Made by a program: the position numbers and the translations under genes. Of a stretch of 64,000 bases of DNA, positions 7,719-17,881 are shown one piece after another. The notes beneath the pieces are model-generated. The model was not told the origin of the DNA, ran no database searches, and worked only from the letters and a program-made list of their open reading frames with translations. The DNA comes from a virus. Taxonomy: Duplodnaviria > Caudoviricetes. The stretch's first letter is position 1, and each line of letters begins with the position of its first letter. The stretch covers positions 32,001 to 96,000 of the IMG/VR virus record IMGVR_UViG_3300037590_000079; one strand, given 5' to 3'.

Positions 7719-10019
7719 ATGAAGCGTGCGATCAGCGACCTTCGCGAGGTCATTCAGAAACTCGTTCCCATGCTTGCAGGCAAGGGCCTGCAAGTCACGC
7801 AGCGCGGCACGGACGCCTATGTTTCCGTCAATGCGCGCACGAAGAAGCCCGAGCGTGTCAACATTCCGAACATCCCGGATGACGCGCCCGATGATTTCGT
7901 GCGCGCCATCCAGGGCTTTATCGACCACGAGGTCGCGCATGTCCTGATCACCGACTGGGACGTCTACGGCGGCGATCCTGCGCCCACCGAGTCCGAGCTG
8001 CGCGATCCTGTCGTGCGGCGGCGGATGCACATGCACAACATCACCGAGGATACCATGATCGAGCGCGAGATCGTCAGGATCTTTCCTGGCGCGCGGCGTA
8101 ACATCGCGGATCTTCGGAAGCATTTCATCGAAAATGTCACCAAGAAGGCGCTCGCGTCCGCGAAGGATGACCGCGAGCGCTTCAACTATCTTCTCGTGCC
8201 TGCCGTGCGCGCTCTCGCAGGCCACACCGAGTTCGAGGACTTCATGGATAGCGAGGGGCTGTGGTCGGAGCCGATGGTCGATCACCTGGTCCAGTCGCTC
8301 AAGCCCGAGACCATCGATCTGCTCAAGAAATGCACCACGACGCGCGAGACCCTGACCGTCGCGGACGAGTTGATCGACATCCTGCACAAGAAGGTCCAGC
8401 CGCCCGAGCAGAACCAGCCGCAGCAGTCGGGCGGTCAGTCCCAGGACAAGCCCGATCAGGAGGCTGGTGAAGGCGACGGCGATGGTGAGCGCGATCACCA
8501 GGATCAGCCGGATGACGACGGCGATCAGGATCAGGACCAGTCGGGCGAAGCTGACGGTGATCAGGATCAGGACCAGTCGGACGAAAAGGAGGATGACGGC
8601 GATGGCGAGAACAGCGACGGGTCTGACGATGGCGACTCCGAAGAGAGCGATGATGATGGCGACGGGAACGGTTCTGGTGACGCCGATGCCTCCGAGGACG
8701 GCGACGAACAAGCCGATGGTGACGCTGCTGATGATGGCTCCGACGGAGATGAAGGAGCTGATGAACAGGGTGACGGTGATCAGTCCGAAGGCGGTGGAGG
8801 TGATGCTGGGGAGCCTGAAGATGATGGGGATGACGCAGGCGGGTCCGGTGATGGCGATGGATCTGACGGAGGTGACACAGGATCGTCTGATGGGAGTGAA
8901 CAGACAGACGAGGCCGGATCGAGCGTAGGCCAGGCCGGCGGCGATGTTGACGGCGACGGGGATTCCGCCGAGGCCACCAGCGACGCCTCCGAGTCCGAGG
9001 GCGGCGGATATGGCGATGGTGTCGGCAAGTCCATGTTCGATTACGACGACGACGCCTTCGAGAACGCTGCTCTTGGCGAGGCGATGGCCGCCGAGATTTC
9101 GCGCAAGAGCGCCGAGGTCATGAACGTCTCCGACTGGACCGCCTACACGCGCGACTGGGACGTGATCGATTACCTGGAGCCGCCCGAGAAGATGAACAAG
9201 TCGTGGGTGCCCAAGCTCGAAGAGGACGTGCGCAGCATGGTCGGCGTCATGCAGAAGGATGTCGAGCGTATGATGGCCTCGCAGAGCCATGTCGTGAACA
9301 TTCCCGGCCAGCGCAGCGGCCGGCTGCATTCGCCCTCGCTCTACCGCGTCGGTCAGGGCGATCCTCGTGTTTTCACGCAGCGCCAGGAGCATCACTCCAA
9401 GGCGACGGCCGTCAGTCTCGTGATCGACAATTCCGGCTCGATGCACGGCTCGAAGATGGATCTGGCGATGGTCTCGGGCTATGCTCTTTCTGCCACGCTT
9501 GAGCGTGTCGGGATCGCGCACGAGGTGCTCGGTTTCACGACCGGCAACTACGGCAACCTGCCCCAGAGCATCATCGACTCCATCAACAAGGAAGTGGTCG
9601 ATAACGCGGGGCTTTATGATCGGCTCACCCCGATCGTCATGCCGATCTACAAGGCGTTCAATGACAGGCTCGACGCGACCGTCAAGAAGCGCATGGCCTA
9701 CGCGCGCAATGCGCAGAAAGGACTGGCCACGAATATCGACGGCGAGTCCCTGCTGATCGCTGCCGAACGGATGCGCACGCGCACGGAGAAGCGCAAGGTG
9801 ATGATCGTCCTGTCGGATGGCCGGCCGGTCGGCGGGCCGCGCTCCGGCACCCATCTGCGCTCGACCGTCAAGCTGCTCAACGAGAGCGGCATCGAGACGG
9901 TCGGTGTCGGGATCATGGATCGGAACGTGATGTCCTACTACGACAATCACACCGTAATCGACTCCATCGACGAGCTGCCGGGCCGCGTCATGGGCGAGAT
10001 CAAGCGCATCCTTGCGTGA
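7719..10019 (+). CDS. CobT-like vWA protein (N-terminal HExxH region, long acidic linker, C-terminal vWA/MIDAS)
   Basis: DHEVAH, NITED; D/G/E-rich linker; DNSGSM MIDAS and VLSDGRP. Confidence 0.85.
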   Translation: MKRAISDLREVIQKLVPMLAGKGLQVTQRGTDAYVSVNARTKKPERVNIPNIPDDAPDDFVRAIQGFIDHEVAHVLITDWDVYGGDPAPTESELRDPVVRRRMHMHNITEDTMIEREIVRIFPGARRNIADLRKHFIENVTKKALASAKDDRERFNYLLVPAVRALAGHTEFEDFMDSEGLWSEPMVDHLVQSLKPETIDLLKKCTTTRETLTVADELIDILHKKVQPPEQNQPQQSGGQSQDKPDQEAGEGDGDGERDHQDQPDDDGDQDQDQSGEADGDQDQDQSDEKEDDGDGENSDGSDDGDSEESDDDGDGNGSGDADASEDGDEQADGDAADDGSDGDEGADEQGDGDQSEGGGGDAGEPEDDGDDAGGSGDGDGSDGGDTGSSDGSEQTDEAGSSVGQAGGDVDGDGDSAEATSDASESEGGGYGDGVGKSMFDYDDDAFENAALGEAMAAEISRKSAEVMNVSDWTAYTRDWDVIDYLEPPEKMNKSWVPKLEEDVRSMVGVMQKDVERMMASQSHVVNIPGQRSGRLHSPSLYRVGQGDPRVFTQRQEHHSKATAVSLVIDNSGSMHGSKMDLAMVSGYALSATLERVGIAHEVLGFTTGNYGNLPQSIIDSINKEVVDNAGLYDRLTPIVMPIYKAFNDRLDATVKKRMAYARNAQKGLATNIDGESLLIAAERMRTRTEKRKVMIVLSDGRPVGGPRSGTHLRSTVKLLNESGIETVGVGIMDRNVMSYYDNHTVIDSIDELPGRVMGEIKRILA

Positions 10020-10028
10020 TCGGGAAAT

Positions 10029-10070
10029 AGCACGGGGAGTCGATATCCCATTTGCTCCCCGTGCTGTTTT
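10029..10070 (+). terminator. Intrinsic terminator/attenuator between vWA and AAA genes
   Basis: AGCACGGGGAG...CTCCCCGTGCT followed by a T run. Confidence 0.6.
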
Positions 10071-10119
10071 TCAGTAAACACTAACTTACAAGCGAGCGAC
10101 AATTCAGAGGGGAAAATCA

Positions 10120-11379
10120 ATGTCAGACCAGAAAGCCGTCAACGAGGCGCAGGCCGAAAAAGTGCCCTCTTCGGAGGACAAGATCGTGTGCCATATCGAC
10201 AATGCTCGGGTGCATTCGATTCACAATCACATCCGGAACAACTATGCCGAGACGTGGACGGTCGAGCGCTACAAGGCCGAGTTTCCGGACGAGCCGCTTC
10301 TGTCGGACTACGCCAAGCACGTTCTGATGGAGCGCAAGCGCAAGCGCGAGGCCGAGGCTGCCGCCGTCGCGCCCTCGAACGCGGCCACGCCCGGCATGGT
10401 CAGTGCTGACGGTCAGTCGGTCACGCAGCCCGCGATGATCCAGGCCAACCTCAAGACCTTTCATGACGTGTTCGACCTGGGCGAGGCGCCCGCCGCGCGC
10501 AACGCGAACGGCAACCCGATCCAGATCGACGTGCTGAGCGGGCACAATCACGAGGGCATGGATTACCTTCCCGAGATCGACGAGGACTACGTGTTCAACA
10601 TCGACCTGCTCAAGAAGGTGATCATCGGCTTGCAGCTGAACATGCCGGTCTATCTCTGGGGCTATCACGGCACCGGCAAGACGACCATTCTGGAGCAGGC
10701 CAGTGCGCGCACCAAGCGGCCGTTCGTGCGTGTCCAGCACACCCTGAACATGCAGGAGTCGGATGTGCTTGGCCAGTGGACCGTGCGCGACGGCTCGACC
10801 GTGTTCCAGCTCGGGCCGCTTGCGATGGCGATGATCAACGGCTGGACCTACTGCGCGGACGAATACGACACCGCCATGCCGAACGTCACGACGGTCTATC
10901 AGCCCGTGCTTGAAGGCAAGCCGCTGCTGATCAAGGAAGCGCCGCCGCACTTCCGCAAGATCGTGCCGCATCCGCAGTTCCGCTTCTGCGCGACCGGCAA
11001 CACCAACGGCATCGGTGACGAGACCGGCCTCTATCAAGGCACGCTGATGCAGAACGCGGCGAACTACTCGCGCTTCCGCATCACCGAAGAGGTGCCCTAC
11101 ATGGAAGCGAATATCGAGACCGCCATCATCCAGGCGCGCGCCAAGATCGCGAAGAAGGATGCCGAGCGGATCGTGCGCTTCGCGAGGGATGTGCGCCAGA
11201 TGTTCATGGACGGCAAGATCTCCATGACCGTCAGCCCGCGCGAGTTGATCACGGCGGCTCAGCTCGGGCTGGCCTATGGCCGGAACTGGCGTATCGGTCT
11301 GGAACTCGCCTTCGTCAATCGTCTGAGCCGTGTCGATCGCCAGACTGTCGGTGAATACATGCAGAGGATCTTCGGCTGA
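10120..11379 (+). CDS. CobS/MoxR-like AAA+ ATPase
   Basis: GYHGTGKT Walker A, YCADEYD Walker B, ATGNT.G.GD..GLYQGT..QN.A..SRF, SPREL. Confidence 0.9.
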   Translation: MSDQKAVNEAQAEKVPSSEDKIVCHIDNARVHSIHNHIRNNYAETWTVERYKAEFPDEPLLSDYAKHVLMERKRKREAEAAAVAPSNAATPGMVSADGQSVTQPAMIQANLKTFHDVFDLGEAPAARNANGNPIQIDVLSGHNHEGMDYLPEIDEDYVFNIDLLKKVIIGLQLNMPVYLWGYHGTGKTTILEQASARTKRPFVRVQHTLNMQESDVLGQWTVRDGSTVFQLGPLAMAMINGWTYCADEYDTAMPNVTTVYQPVLEGKPLLIKEAPPHFRKIVPHPQFRFCATGNTNGIGDETGLYQGTLMQNAANYSRFRITEEVPYMEANIETAIIQARAKIAKKDAERIVRFARDVRQMFMDGKISMTVSPRELITAAQLGLAYGRNWRIGLELAFVNRLSRVDRQTVGEYMQRIFG

Positions 11380-12020
11380 TGCAGGAGAACTATGCAGATC
11401 CCAAGCGCAGCGAGCACCTTGTGCGTTCGCTGCGCGCGAAAGTCCAGCGAAGGCTCTCCTCGATCTCCACACCCGTCATGTCCGGCGAAGATATCGAACA
11501 GGAATTGTGGATCGCATGGTGCAAGGCGCGCGACAGCTTCGATCCTGATCGGGGCATCCCATTCGGGGCCTATGTGTGGCGCGGCATGATGCAGCATATC
11601 AACAGACAGATCGAGCGGCACATCAGTCGCTTCAAGGGACAGACCTTCGCGCTTTCGATCAACGCCGGTCGTCTGTCGGATGATGGTGAAATGAACGAGG
11701 GAATCCCCATCCCCGACAAGGATATCGGCCAGGAGGAGAAATCGATCCGGCGCAGCTGCTATCGCCGGGCCATCAAGAAGCTGTCGCCTGACGCGCGCAC
11801 CTTCGTTCGCATTCTGGACGAGCAGCCGCCCGAGATCCTTCAGGAAGTGATGCTTGCGACCGACAAGGAGGAACACGCGAAGAATATCGGCGCTCCCTTT
11901 GTCAATCCGCGCCGGATCACGTCGAAGATGGTCTTCGACCTCATGGGGCTGGATCGAAGCGAGCGCCGGGGAATTCTCAAGGAAGTCAAGGAGATGGGAG
12001 TCAATCTGTCCAATGAGTGA
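11379..12020 (+). CDS. Sigma-70 region 2-like protein (phage sigma/transcription factor)
   Basis: EDIEQELWIAWCKARDSFDPDRGIPFGAYV matches the sigma region 2 pattern. Confidence 0.6.
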   Translation: MQENYADPKRSEHLVRSLRAKVQRRLSSISTPVMSGEDIEQELWIAWCKARDSFDPDRGIPFGAYVWRGMMQHINRQIERHISRFKGQTFALSINAGRLSDDGEMNEGIPIPDKDIGQEEKSIRRSCYRRAIKKLSPDARTFVRILDEQPPEILQEVMLATDKEEHAKNIGAPFVNPRRITSKMVFDLMGLDRSERRGILKEVKEMGVNLSNE

Positions 12021-12558
12021 TGTAACAGACGTTCCTTATCTCGCGCCCGGCTGCTTCGGATCGGCGCTGATGTTTCGCGACGACGACATGGTCTGCAACG
12101 CCTGCCCCTTCAAGGAGCAGTGCGAGCCCGCGCACCAGCACGCGCTGTCGGAGCTGCGCAGGACTCTGGGCATCGTGCCGCCGAAAGCGAAGAAGGTCGC
12201 GCAGAAGCCCGAGGTCGTGACCGCGGGTGAGCGGCATCCCGAGCGCACCGTTCTGCCCAAGAAGGTTCAGGAGCTGCTCGCGCGGATCGATCGGGGCTCC
12301 TTCGATATCGTCGGCAGTATGAAACGGGGCGAAAATCCCTTCGTGGGCCGCAAGGGCTTCGGTTTCATGGCCGTTGCCTGCCACCTCGTGATCCGGCTCA
12401 AGAGACCCGTCACGCGCGAGATCATATCCTACGCGCTCATGAAGCGGAACAACTGGACCAAGGGCACGGCAGACGCGCACGCGCGCATGGCGATCCAGGC
12501 GCTGGAGCATGTCGGTGCGATCAAGAATACGGACGGTATTCTGACCGTCGCGAAATAA
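12013..12558 (+). CDS. Cys-cluster + putative winged-helix protein
   Basis: PGCFGS..CNACPF...C N-terminus; GTAxxH-x11-G C-terminal motif. Confidence 0.7.
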   Translation: MSDVTDVPYLAPGCFGSALMFRDDDMVCNACPFKEQCEPAHQHALSELRRTLGIVPPKAKKVAQKPEVVTAGERHPERTVLPKKVQELLARIDRGSFDIVGSMKRGENPFVGRKGFGFMAVACHLVIRLKRPVTREIISYALMKRNNWTKGTADAHARMAIQALEHVGAIKNTDGILTVAK

Positions 12559-12572
12559 GTAAGGGGAAACTA

Positions 12573-15500
12573 ATGCACTCCGTTCTTGCGGCCCGCACGG
12601 ATTTCTCGCTGGGCGAGTCCATTCTCACGACCGAAGATCTCGTCGAGGAGGCGGAACGTATCGGTCAGAAAACCATCGCCTTCTCGGACACGATGTCCCT
12701 TTCCGCCCTGATCGATCTTTCCGAGAAGGCGAAGGAGCACGAGATCGGGGTCATTCCCGGCGTGCGGTTGCGGATGACAGATGATCCCGGCTGGCGGCCG
12801 GGGCCGGGCGAGAAGAAGAAGCACATGCCGCGCGCCCACTTCATCAGTGCCTATGCGCTCACGGAAGCGGGGCTCAAGGCGCTCTTCCGGCTTCTGACGC
12901 TCGCCAACAGCGAGGCGCGCTTCTACTACGTGCCCAAGCTGGGCTGGAGCGACCTGTATGCCGAGCTGGACGCGATCGATGTAGGCGATCTTGCCTTCGT
13001 GATCGGCGACGAGCTGTCGGCGCTGGAGCATCCCGACGCAGAAGGAATCGCGAAGCGCATTTCCCAGGGCTCGGAGCATGTCTATGCCGGCATGGTCGCG
13101 ATCGACACGCCCTATTTCGGCCGGTGCAACCAGATTGCGGCGGGGCTGTGCGCGCTGCCCGGTGTCGAGCCGCTCGTCATTCGGCCCGCTCTCTACTGCA
13201 AGGGGCAGGCCGATGCGCAGGAGATCATGACGGGGATCTGCGAGGGCTCGAAGATCACGGATGGATGGTTTCGGTCGCGCTACAAGCGCGACCTGCACTT
13301 GCAGTCCTTTGGTGAGATGATGCCCGAGGTCAAGGCGTGCATCCTGCATCTGCGCCAGCGCGGCGTGGCCGACGCGAAGGAGATCTTCACCGCCGGGATG
13401 CAGAACACGGACGCCTTCGTGGACGCGGCGCGCTATCGCTGGGAGAAGATGCCCGTTTCCCTGCCCAGGATGGCCCCGGATGAGTTCCAGGCGGTCGTCG
13501 ATGAATGCCGCAAGGGCTGGAAGGAGCGATTCGCCGCCGAGGTGTTCGGACACAAGCCGGGCCAGAAGGAGCTCAACGAGGTCTACATGCCGCGGCTCAA
13601 ATACGAGCTGGGCATTCTCAAGGAGCTGGAGTTTTCCGGCTACTTTCTGCTGGTCCAGGAGATCGTTCAGTTCGCCAAGAAAAGCGACATCCTCGTCGGT
13701 CCCGGCCGTGGCTCCGTCGGTGGCTCGCTGGTCGCGTATCTGATGGGGATCACCGAGTGCGACCCCATCCGTTTCGAATTGATGTTCGAGCGCTTCATCA
13801 ACCCCGAGCGGATCGACCTGCCCGACGCCGACCTCGATTTCATGTCCGAGCGGCGGCACGAAGTGGTCGAATATCTCGTCTCGAAATACGGACGCTCGAA
13901 GGTCGGCGGCGTGTCGAATTATGGCAGGCTTGCCGCGGCTTCTGCAATTCGTGATGTCGGACGCATCATCGGCATTCCCGAGAAGGACTTCTCTGTCTCG
14001 AAGATGGTGCCCAAGAAGCACGGTGCGAATGTTCCCCTGCCCGAGTGCCGCGAGGCCGTTGCGGAGATTGATCAGTTCGCGCAGGCGTATTCAGAAATCT
14101 GGCCTGTCATGGAGCTGCTTGAAGGCAAGGTGCGCAACATGAGCCAGCACGCGGCCGGGCTGGTGATCGCGGGGGTCGATCTGTGCGACCGCGCGGTGAT
14201 CGAGAAGCGCAAGGATAACGAGGTGGTCTGCTGGGACAAGCGCACGGTCGAGAACATGGGGCTTGTCAAGATCGACATTCTCGGCCTGAGCAATCTCGAC
14301 CATATCGCGCTCGCGCTGGAATACATCTCGGAGCGGCACGGGCACAAGCCTGCCATCGGGCGCATCCCGCTCGACGACCCCGATGTGATCGACCGTTTCG
14401 CGCGGGGCAAGACAACGGGTATCTTCCAGTTCGAAAGCGGCGGCATGCGTGGTCTGCTCAAGGAGCTTGGTGCGGACGGAACGCTGTCTTTCGAGGAGAT
14501 CGCCGCGGCCAGTGCCCTCTATCGCCCCGGCCCGATGGAGTCGGGCATGATGGAGAGCTTTTCGCGCCGCAAGCAGGGCTACGAGCCGATCGAATACGAT
14601 CATCCGCTCATGGAGCCGATCCTGAAACCGACCTACGGTGTGATCGTCTACCAGGAGCAGGTCATGAAAATCTCCCAGGCGATCGCGGGCTATACCGGTC
14701 CGGAAGCGGATAACCTTCGCAAGATCATGGGGAAAAAGCTGCCCGAGAAGATGGCCAAGGAGCGCGACAAGTTCGTGCGCGGCTGCGTTGAAACCATCCA
14801 GTGCGTCGAGGAGTGGGCCGGTGCGCTTTTCGACAAGATCGAGGGCTTCGCGGGCTATGGCTTCAATCGCAGTCACTCGGTGGAGTATTCGCTGATTTCC
14901 TACCAGTCGATGTGGCTCAAGGTGCATTATCCGGTCGAATTCTACGCCGCAGCGCTTACGATCATGCCCGAGGAGAAGCTGCCCGGCCTGATCAAGGAGG
15001 CGGCGCAAGACGGCATCACCGTCGCGATGCCCGATATCAACAAATCGACGGATCGGTTCGAGATCGTGACCGACAAGTCGCTCGCTATTCCCTTTCAGCG
15101 CGTCAAGGGTATCTCCGAAAAGACGGCTGCCGCGATCATGCAGGCGCGTTCGAGCGGTCCTTTTTCCGACAAGGCGGATTTTCTCGCGCGTGTCGAGAAG
15201 CGGCGCTGCAACATCAGGCACCAGGATATTCTCGACAGGATCGGCGCCTTCGCGCGGATCGAGCCGGGCCAGCTTCCCGCAGACCATCCGGATCGTGTCA
15301 GGGATCAGATCGAGTTGATCCCCGGCCTTGTCACGGCCAACGTGATGATCGGGCGCGACATGCACCGTGACAAGCTGACGCGCGGAGAGCTGAGCAAGGT
15401 GGTCGATGAATACCGCGACCAGGCCGGTGACGCGTCGATGCCGGTCAAGCCGCATTTCGGTCGCAAGCCGCGCTTCATGATCGTGTCGGACGCCCCGAAC

Positions 15501-15917
15501 AACGAGGATGATCGCAACGGCGTCATGGGTTACGGGATGTCGAACAGTGCCGTGACCGAGGCGCTGGCCGAGGCGGGGCTCGACATGACTGCCGTCTACT
15601 GGACCGCCCTGTGCAAGGTGCCCAAGGCCGATCGCCAGGTTACGCCCGAGCAGATTGCGCTATACAGAAAGTATCTCGAAAGGGAAATCGACCTGTTGAA
15701 GCCGCCGATCATCGTCATGCTTGGGAGCGTGACCACGCGCTTCTTTCTGCCGGGCTTCAAGGGCAAGGCGTCGGACGCGGCCGGAAAGGTGGAATACAAT
15801 GCCGATTTCGACGCGAACCTGATCGTCGCGTTCTCGCCCGGTGAAATCTATCACGCGCCCGAGAAGCAGGAAAACATGAACGCGGTCTTTGCGAAGGTCG
15901 CGGAACTTCTGGACTGA
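12573..15917 (+). CDS. dnaE: DNA polymerase III alpha subunit with C-terminal uracil-DNA-glycosylase-like domain
   Basis: GPGRGS..GSLVAY..GIT, FERFINPER.DLPD.D.DF, KIDILGL, GIFQFES, YQEQVM, F.GYGFN.SH; last ~160 aa resemble a family-4 UDG fold. Confidence 0.95.
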   Translation: MHSVLAARTDFSLGESILTTEDLVEEAERIGQKTIAFSDTMSLSALIDLSEKAKEHEIGVIPGVRLRMTDDPGWRPGPGEKKKHMPRAHFISAYALTEAGLKALFRLLTLANSEARFYYVPKLGWSDLYAELDAIDVGDLAFVIGDELSALEHPDAEGIAKRISQGSEHVYAGMVAIDTPYFGRCNQIAAGLCALPGVEPLVIRPALYCKGQADAQEIMTGICEGSKITDGWFRSRYKRDLHLQSFGEMMPEVKACILHLRQRGVADAKEIFTAGMQNTDAFVDAARYRWEKMPVSLPRMAPDEFQAVVDECRKGWKERFAAEVFGHKPGQKELNEVYMPRLKYELGILKELEFSGYFLLVQEIVQFAKKSDILVGPGRGSVGGSLVAYLMGITECDPIRFELMFERFINPERIDLPDADLDFMSERRHEVVEYLVSKYGRSKVGGVSNYGRLAAASAIRDVGRIIGIPEKDFSVSKMVPKKHGANVPLPECREAVAEIDQFAQAYSEIWPVMELLEGKVRNMSQHAAGLVIAGVDLCDRAVIEKRKDNEVVCWDKRTVENMGLVKIDILGLSNLDHIALALEYISERHGHKPAIGRIPLDDPDVIDRFARGKTTGIFQFESGGMRGLLKELGADGTLSFEEIAAASALYRPGPMESGMMESFSRRKQGYEPIEYDHPLMEPILKPTYGVIVYQEQVMKISQAIAGYTGPEADNLRKIMGKKLPEKMAKERDKFVRGCVETIQCVEEWAGALFDKIEGFAGYGFNRSHSVEYSLISYQSMWLKVHYPVEFYAAALTIMPEEKLPGLIKEAAQDGITVAMPDINKSTDRFEIVTDKSLAIPFQRVKGISEKTAAAIMQARSSGPFSDKADFLARVEKRRCNIRHQDILDRIGAFARIEPGQLPADHPDRVRDQIELIPGLVTANVMIGRDMHRDKLTRGELSKVVDEYRDQAGDASMPVKPHFGRKPRFMIVSDAPNNEDDRNGVMGYGMSNSAVTEALAEAGLDMTAVYWTALCKVPKADRQVTPEQIALYRKYLEREIDLLKPPIIVMLGSVTTRFFLPGFKGKASDAAGKVEYNADFDANLIVAFSPGEIYHAPEKQENMNAVFAKVAELLD

Positions 15918-15933
15918 AAAGGATAAGTAAGCC

Positions 15934-16263
15934 ATGAGTGATAATACGAACGGCCGGTTCGTCTCGCCCTGCCCGCCGCCTACGGCGCATGAAAGCGAAG
16001 TGCTGACCATCCTCATCGAGGAGGCGGCCGAGGTGCAGCAGCGCGCCACCAAGATGCTGCGCTTCGGCGTCAAGGAGATGCAGCCCGGCCAGTCCCTGTC
16101 GAACCGCGCGCGTCTGTCCGATGAGGTCGGTGATCTGATGGCCATCATCGATATGGCGAAGGGCATCGGCCTGATCGACACCTTCAGGATCAACAAGGCG
16201 CGCGCCGAGAAATTCATCAAGCTGGACAAATACATGCAGACCAATCCGGAGACCGGGAAATGA
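15934..16263 (+). CDS. MazG-like NTP pyrophosphohydrolase
   Basis: EEAAEV...K..RFG ... DEVGDL. Confidence 0.7.
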   Translation: MSDNTNGRFVSPCPPPTAHESEVLTILIEEAAEVQQRATKMLRFGVKEMQPGQSLSNRARLSDEVGDLMAIIDMAKGIGLIDTFRINKARAEKFIKLDKYMQTNPETGK

Positions 16264-16790
16264 GCGAGAATGGCAAATACGAAATCCGCGACTTCATCGA
16301 CGCCGACCAGCTGCGCCGGGACATGGCCTTTTCGACCAATGACCTGACGAACGCCATGATGGAGCAGTCCTCGCTGTTCGCGCATTACGGTGTTCTGCAC
16401 GCCAAGGCGCAGCGCCAGGTGGACGCGGTCAAGATGCTGCTGGAGAGCACCGAGAGCGCCGTCTACAAGGCGCTGCGCAACAAGATGGAGTCGGATGGCA
16501 AGAAGCCGACCGAGGCGCTGCTCGACAAGATGGTGACGAGCCATCCGCGCGTGGTCGGAATGAAGCGTGCGCTCGCCGAAGCGCGGCAGGTCGAGGCAAT
16601 CGGCAAGACCGCCGTAGAGGGTTTCCGGCATCGGCGCGACATGCTCATCCAGCAAGGGCTGATCTCGCGTGAGGAGATGAAGGGCGAGGCGCGCATCGCC
16701 GAGCGCAACGCGCGCGACGACGCTTATGGCATGCAGAAGGAAAGCGTTCTCCAGCGCCTGCGCGAGCGGGATTCCGGCGCTGAAAATTGA
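16260..16790 (+). CDS. UvsY-like recombination mediator / coiled-coil protein
   Basis: Helical protein with K.TE..L..V and F.HRRDML; position before SSB and RecA. Confidence 0.5.
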   Translation: MSENGKYEIRDFIDADQLRRDMAFSTNDLTNAMMEQSSLFAHYGVLHAKAQRQVDAVKMLLESTESAVYKALRNKMESDGKKPTEALLDKMVTSHPRVVGMKRALAEARQVEAIGKTAVEGFRHRRDMLIQQGLISREEMKGEARIAERNARDDAYGMQKESVLQRLRERDSGAEN

Positions 16791-16923
16791 TCAGTAACCG
16801 CTGATTTTTTTTCGCACGCCCAGATAAGTCGTGCTATATATGATCTAGCTGTTTAGCTTGATAGCTAGCAGCAAGAACCCAAGCAGCCGTGATGGCAGCA
16901 GGAAGCAGAAAAGGAAGTGAAAA

Positions 16924-17838
16924 ATGGCACTTGATCCGCGCCTTCGTAAGATGGTCAGTCAGTCCAAGTCGAAATACAAGAGTAACGCCGGCGACATCCT
17001 CAAGCCCAAGGATGGGCGCAATCGCTATCGGCTGATCGCGCCGCGCCCCGAGCAGGCGAGCTGGGTTCCCGCCTCGTGCCAGTTCTGGGCGGATCTCGGT
17101 GTCCACTGGATCAAGCCCGCCGAAAACGCCAAGCCGATCGCTGTCGTCGGCGACCGCGAGATCGTCTACCAGGAGCCGAACCCGATCAACACCGCGATCA
17201 ACGCGGCCATCGATTCCGCCGTGGACGAGGAGTCGCAGGAGCTCTACAAGGGCTGGCGCTCGCGGCACACCGTGCTGGTCAACGTCGTGGATCGCGACAA
17301 CAACGACAACGAGGAGATCCTGGAACTCACGCGCAACACGTTCAGCGCCGTTCTGGATCTGATGGACATGTATGCCGAGGAGGGTCAGGATATCACCGAC
17401 CCGAACGAAGGCATCGATATCTTCATCACTCGCACCGGCAAGGGGCTCAACACCGAATACACGGTGTCGATCGCGCCGGGCAAGTCGCAGCCGATTCCCG
17501 AGGAAACCGTCACCAATGCCACGAACCTGTTCGAATTCATCGAGCAGAAATTCTTCCGCATGGGCGACGAGCAGAAGGCGCTGAACGCGATCCAGCAGAT
17601 CGCCGGCGTCGCGGTGCCCTCGCTGGAGAACAAGTCGGCAGCAAGCACGCCGACGGCGGCGCTGACCTCGTCGGCCGCGACTGTCGGTGACGCCGACGAG
17701 AGCGAGCCGGAAAAGGCCAAGGCCAAGCCCGAGACCCCGCCGCAGGCCGAGACCCAGGTTTCGGACGACGAGCTGGCAGCAAGCGGCATCGACGAAGAGG
17801 ATACCGATCAGATCCTCTCGGAGCTTGACGGAATCTGA
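16924..17838 (+). CDS. Phage single-stranded DNA-binding protein (gp32-like)
   Basis: G.NRYRL, HW, LVNV, DP.EG.D..I.R.GKGL.TEY; acidic tail DQILSELDGI; strong expression signals. Confidence 0.65.
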   Translation: MALDPRLRKMVSQSKSKYKSNAGDILKPKDGRNRYRLIAPRPEQASWVPASCQFWADLGVHWIKPAENAKPIAVVGDREIVYQEPNPINTAINAAIDSAVDEESQELYKGWRSRHTVLVNVVDRDNNDNEEILELTRNTFSAVLDLMDMYAEEGQDITDPNEGIDIFITRTGKGLNTEYTVSIAPGKSQPIPEETVTNATNLFEFIEQKFFRMGDEQKALNAIQQIAGVAVPSLENKSAASTPTAALTSSAATVGDADESEPEKAKAKPETPPQAETQVSDDELAASGIDEEDTDQILSELDGI

Positions 17839-17881
17839 TCGCGTAGTCCCCTCACGCGGTCAGGCCACGTTCGCGTGGCGC

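Noticed and set aside
7719-11379. Cobalamin biosynthesis (cobaltochelatase CobST) function
   Set aside because: No cobN or other cob genes in the window; similar vWA/AAA pairs are common in phages, so only the fold is supported.
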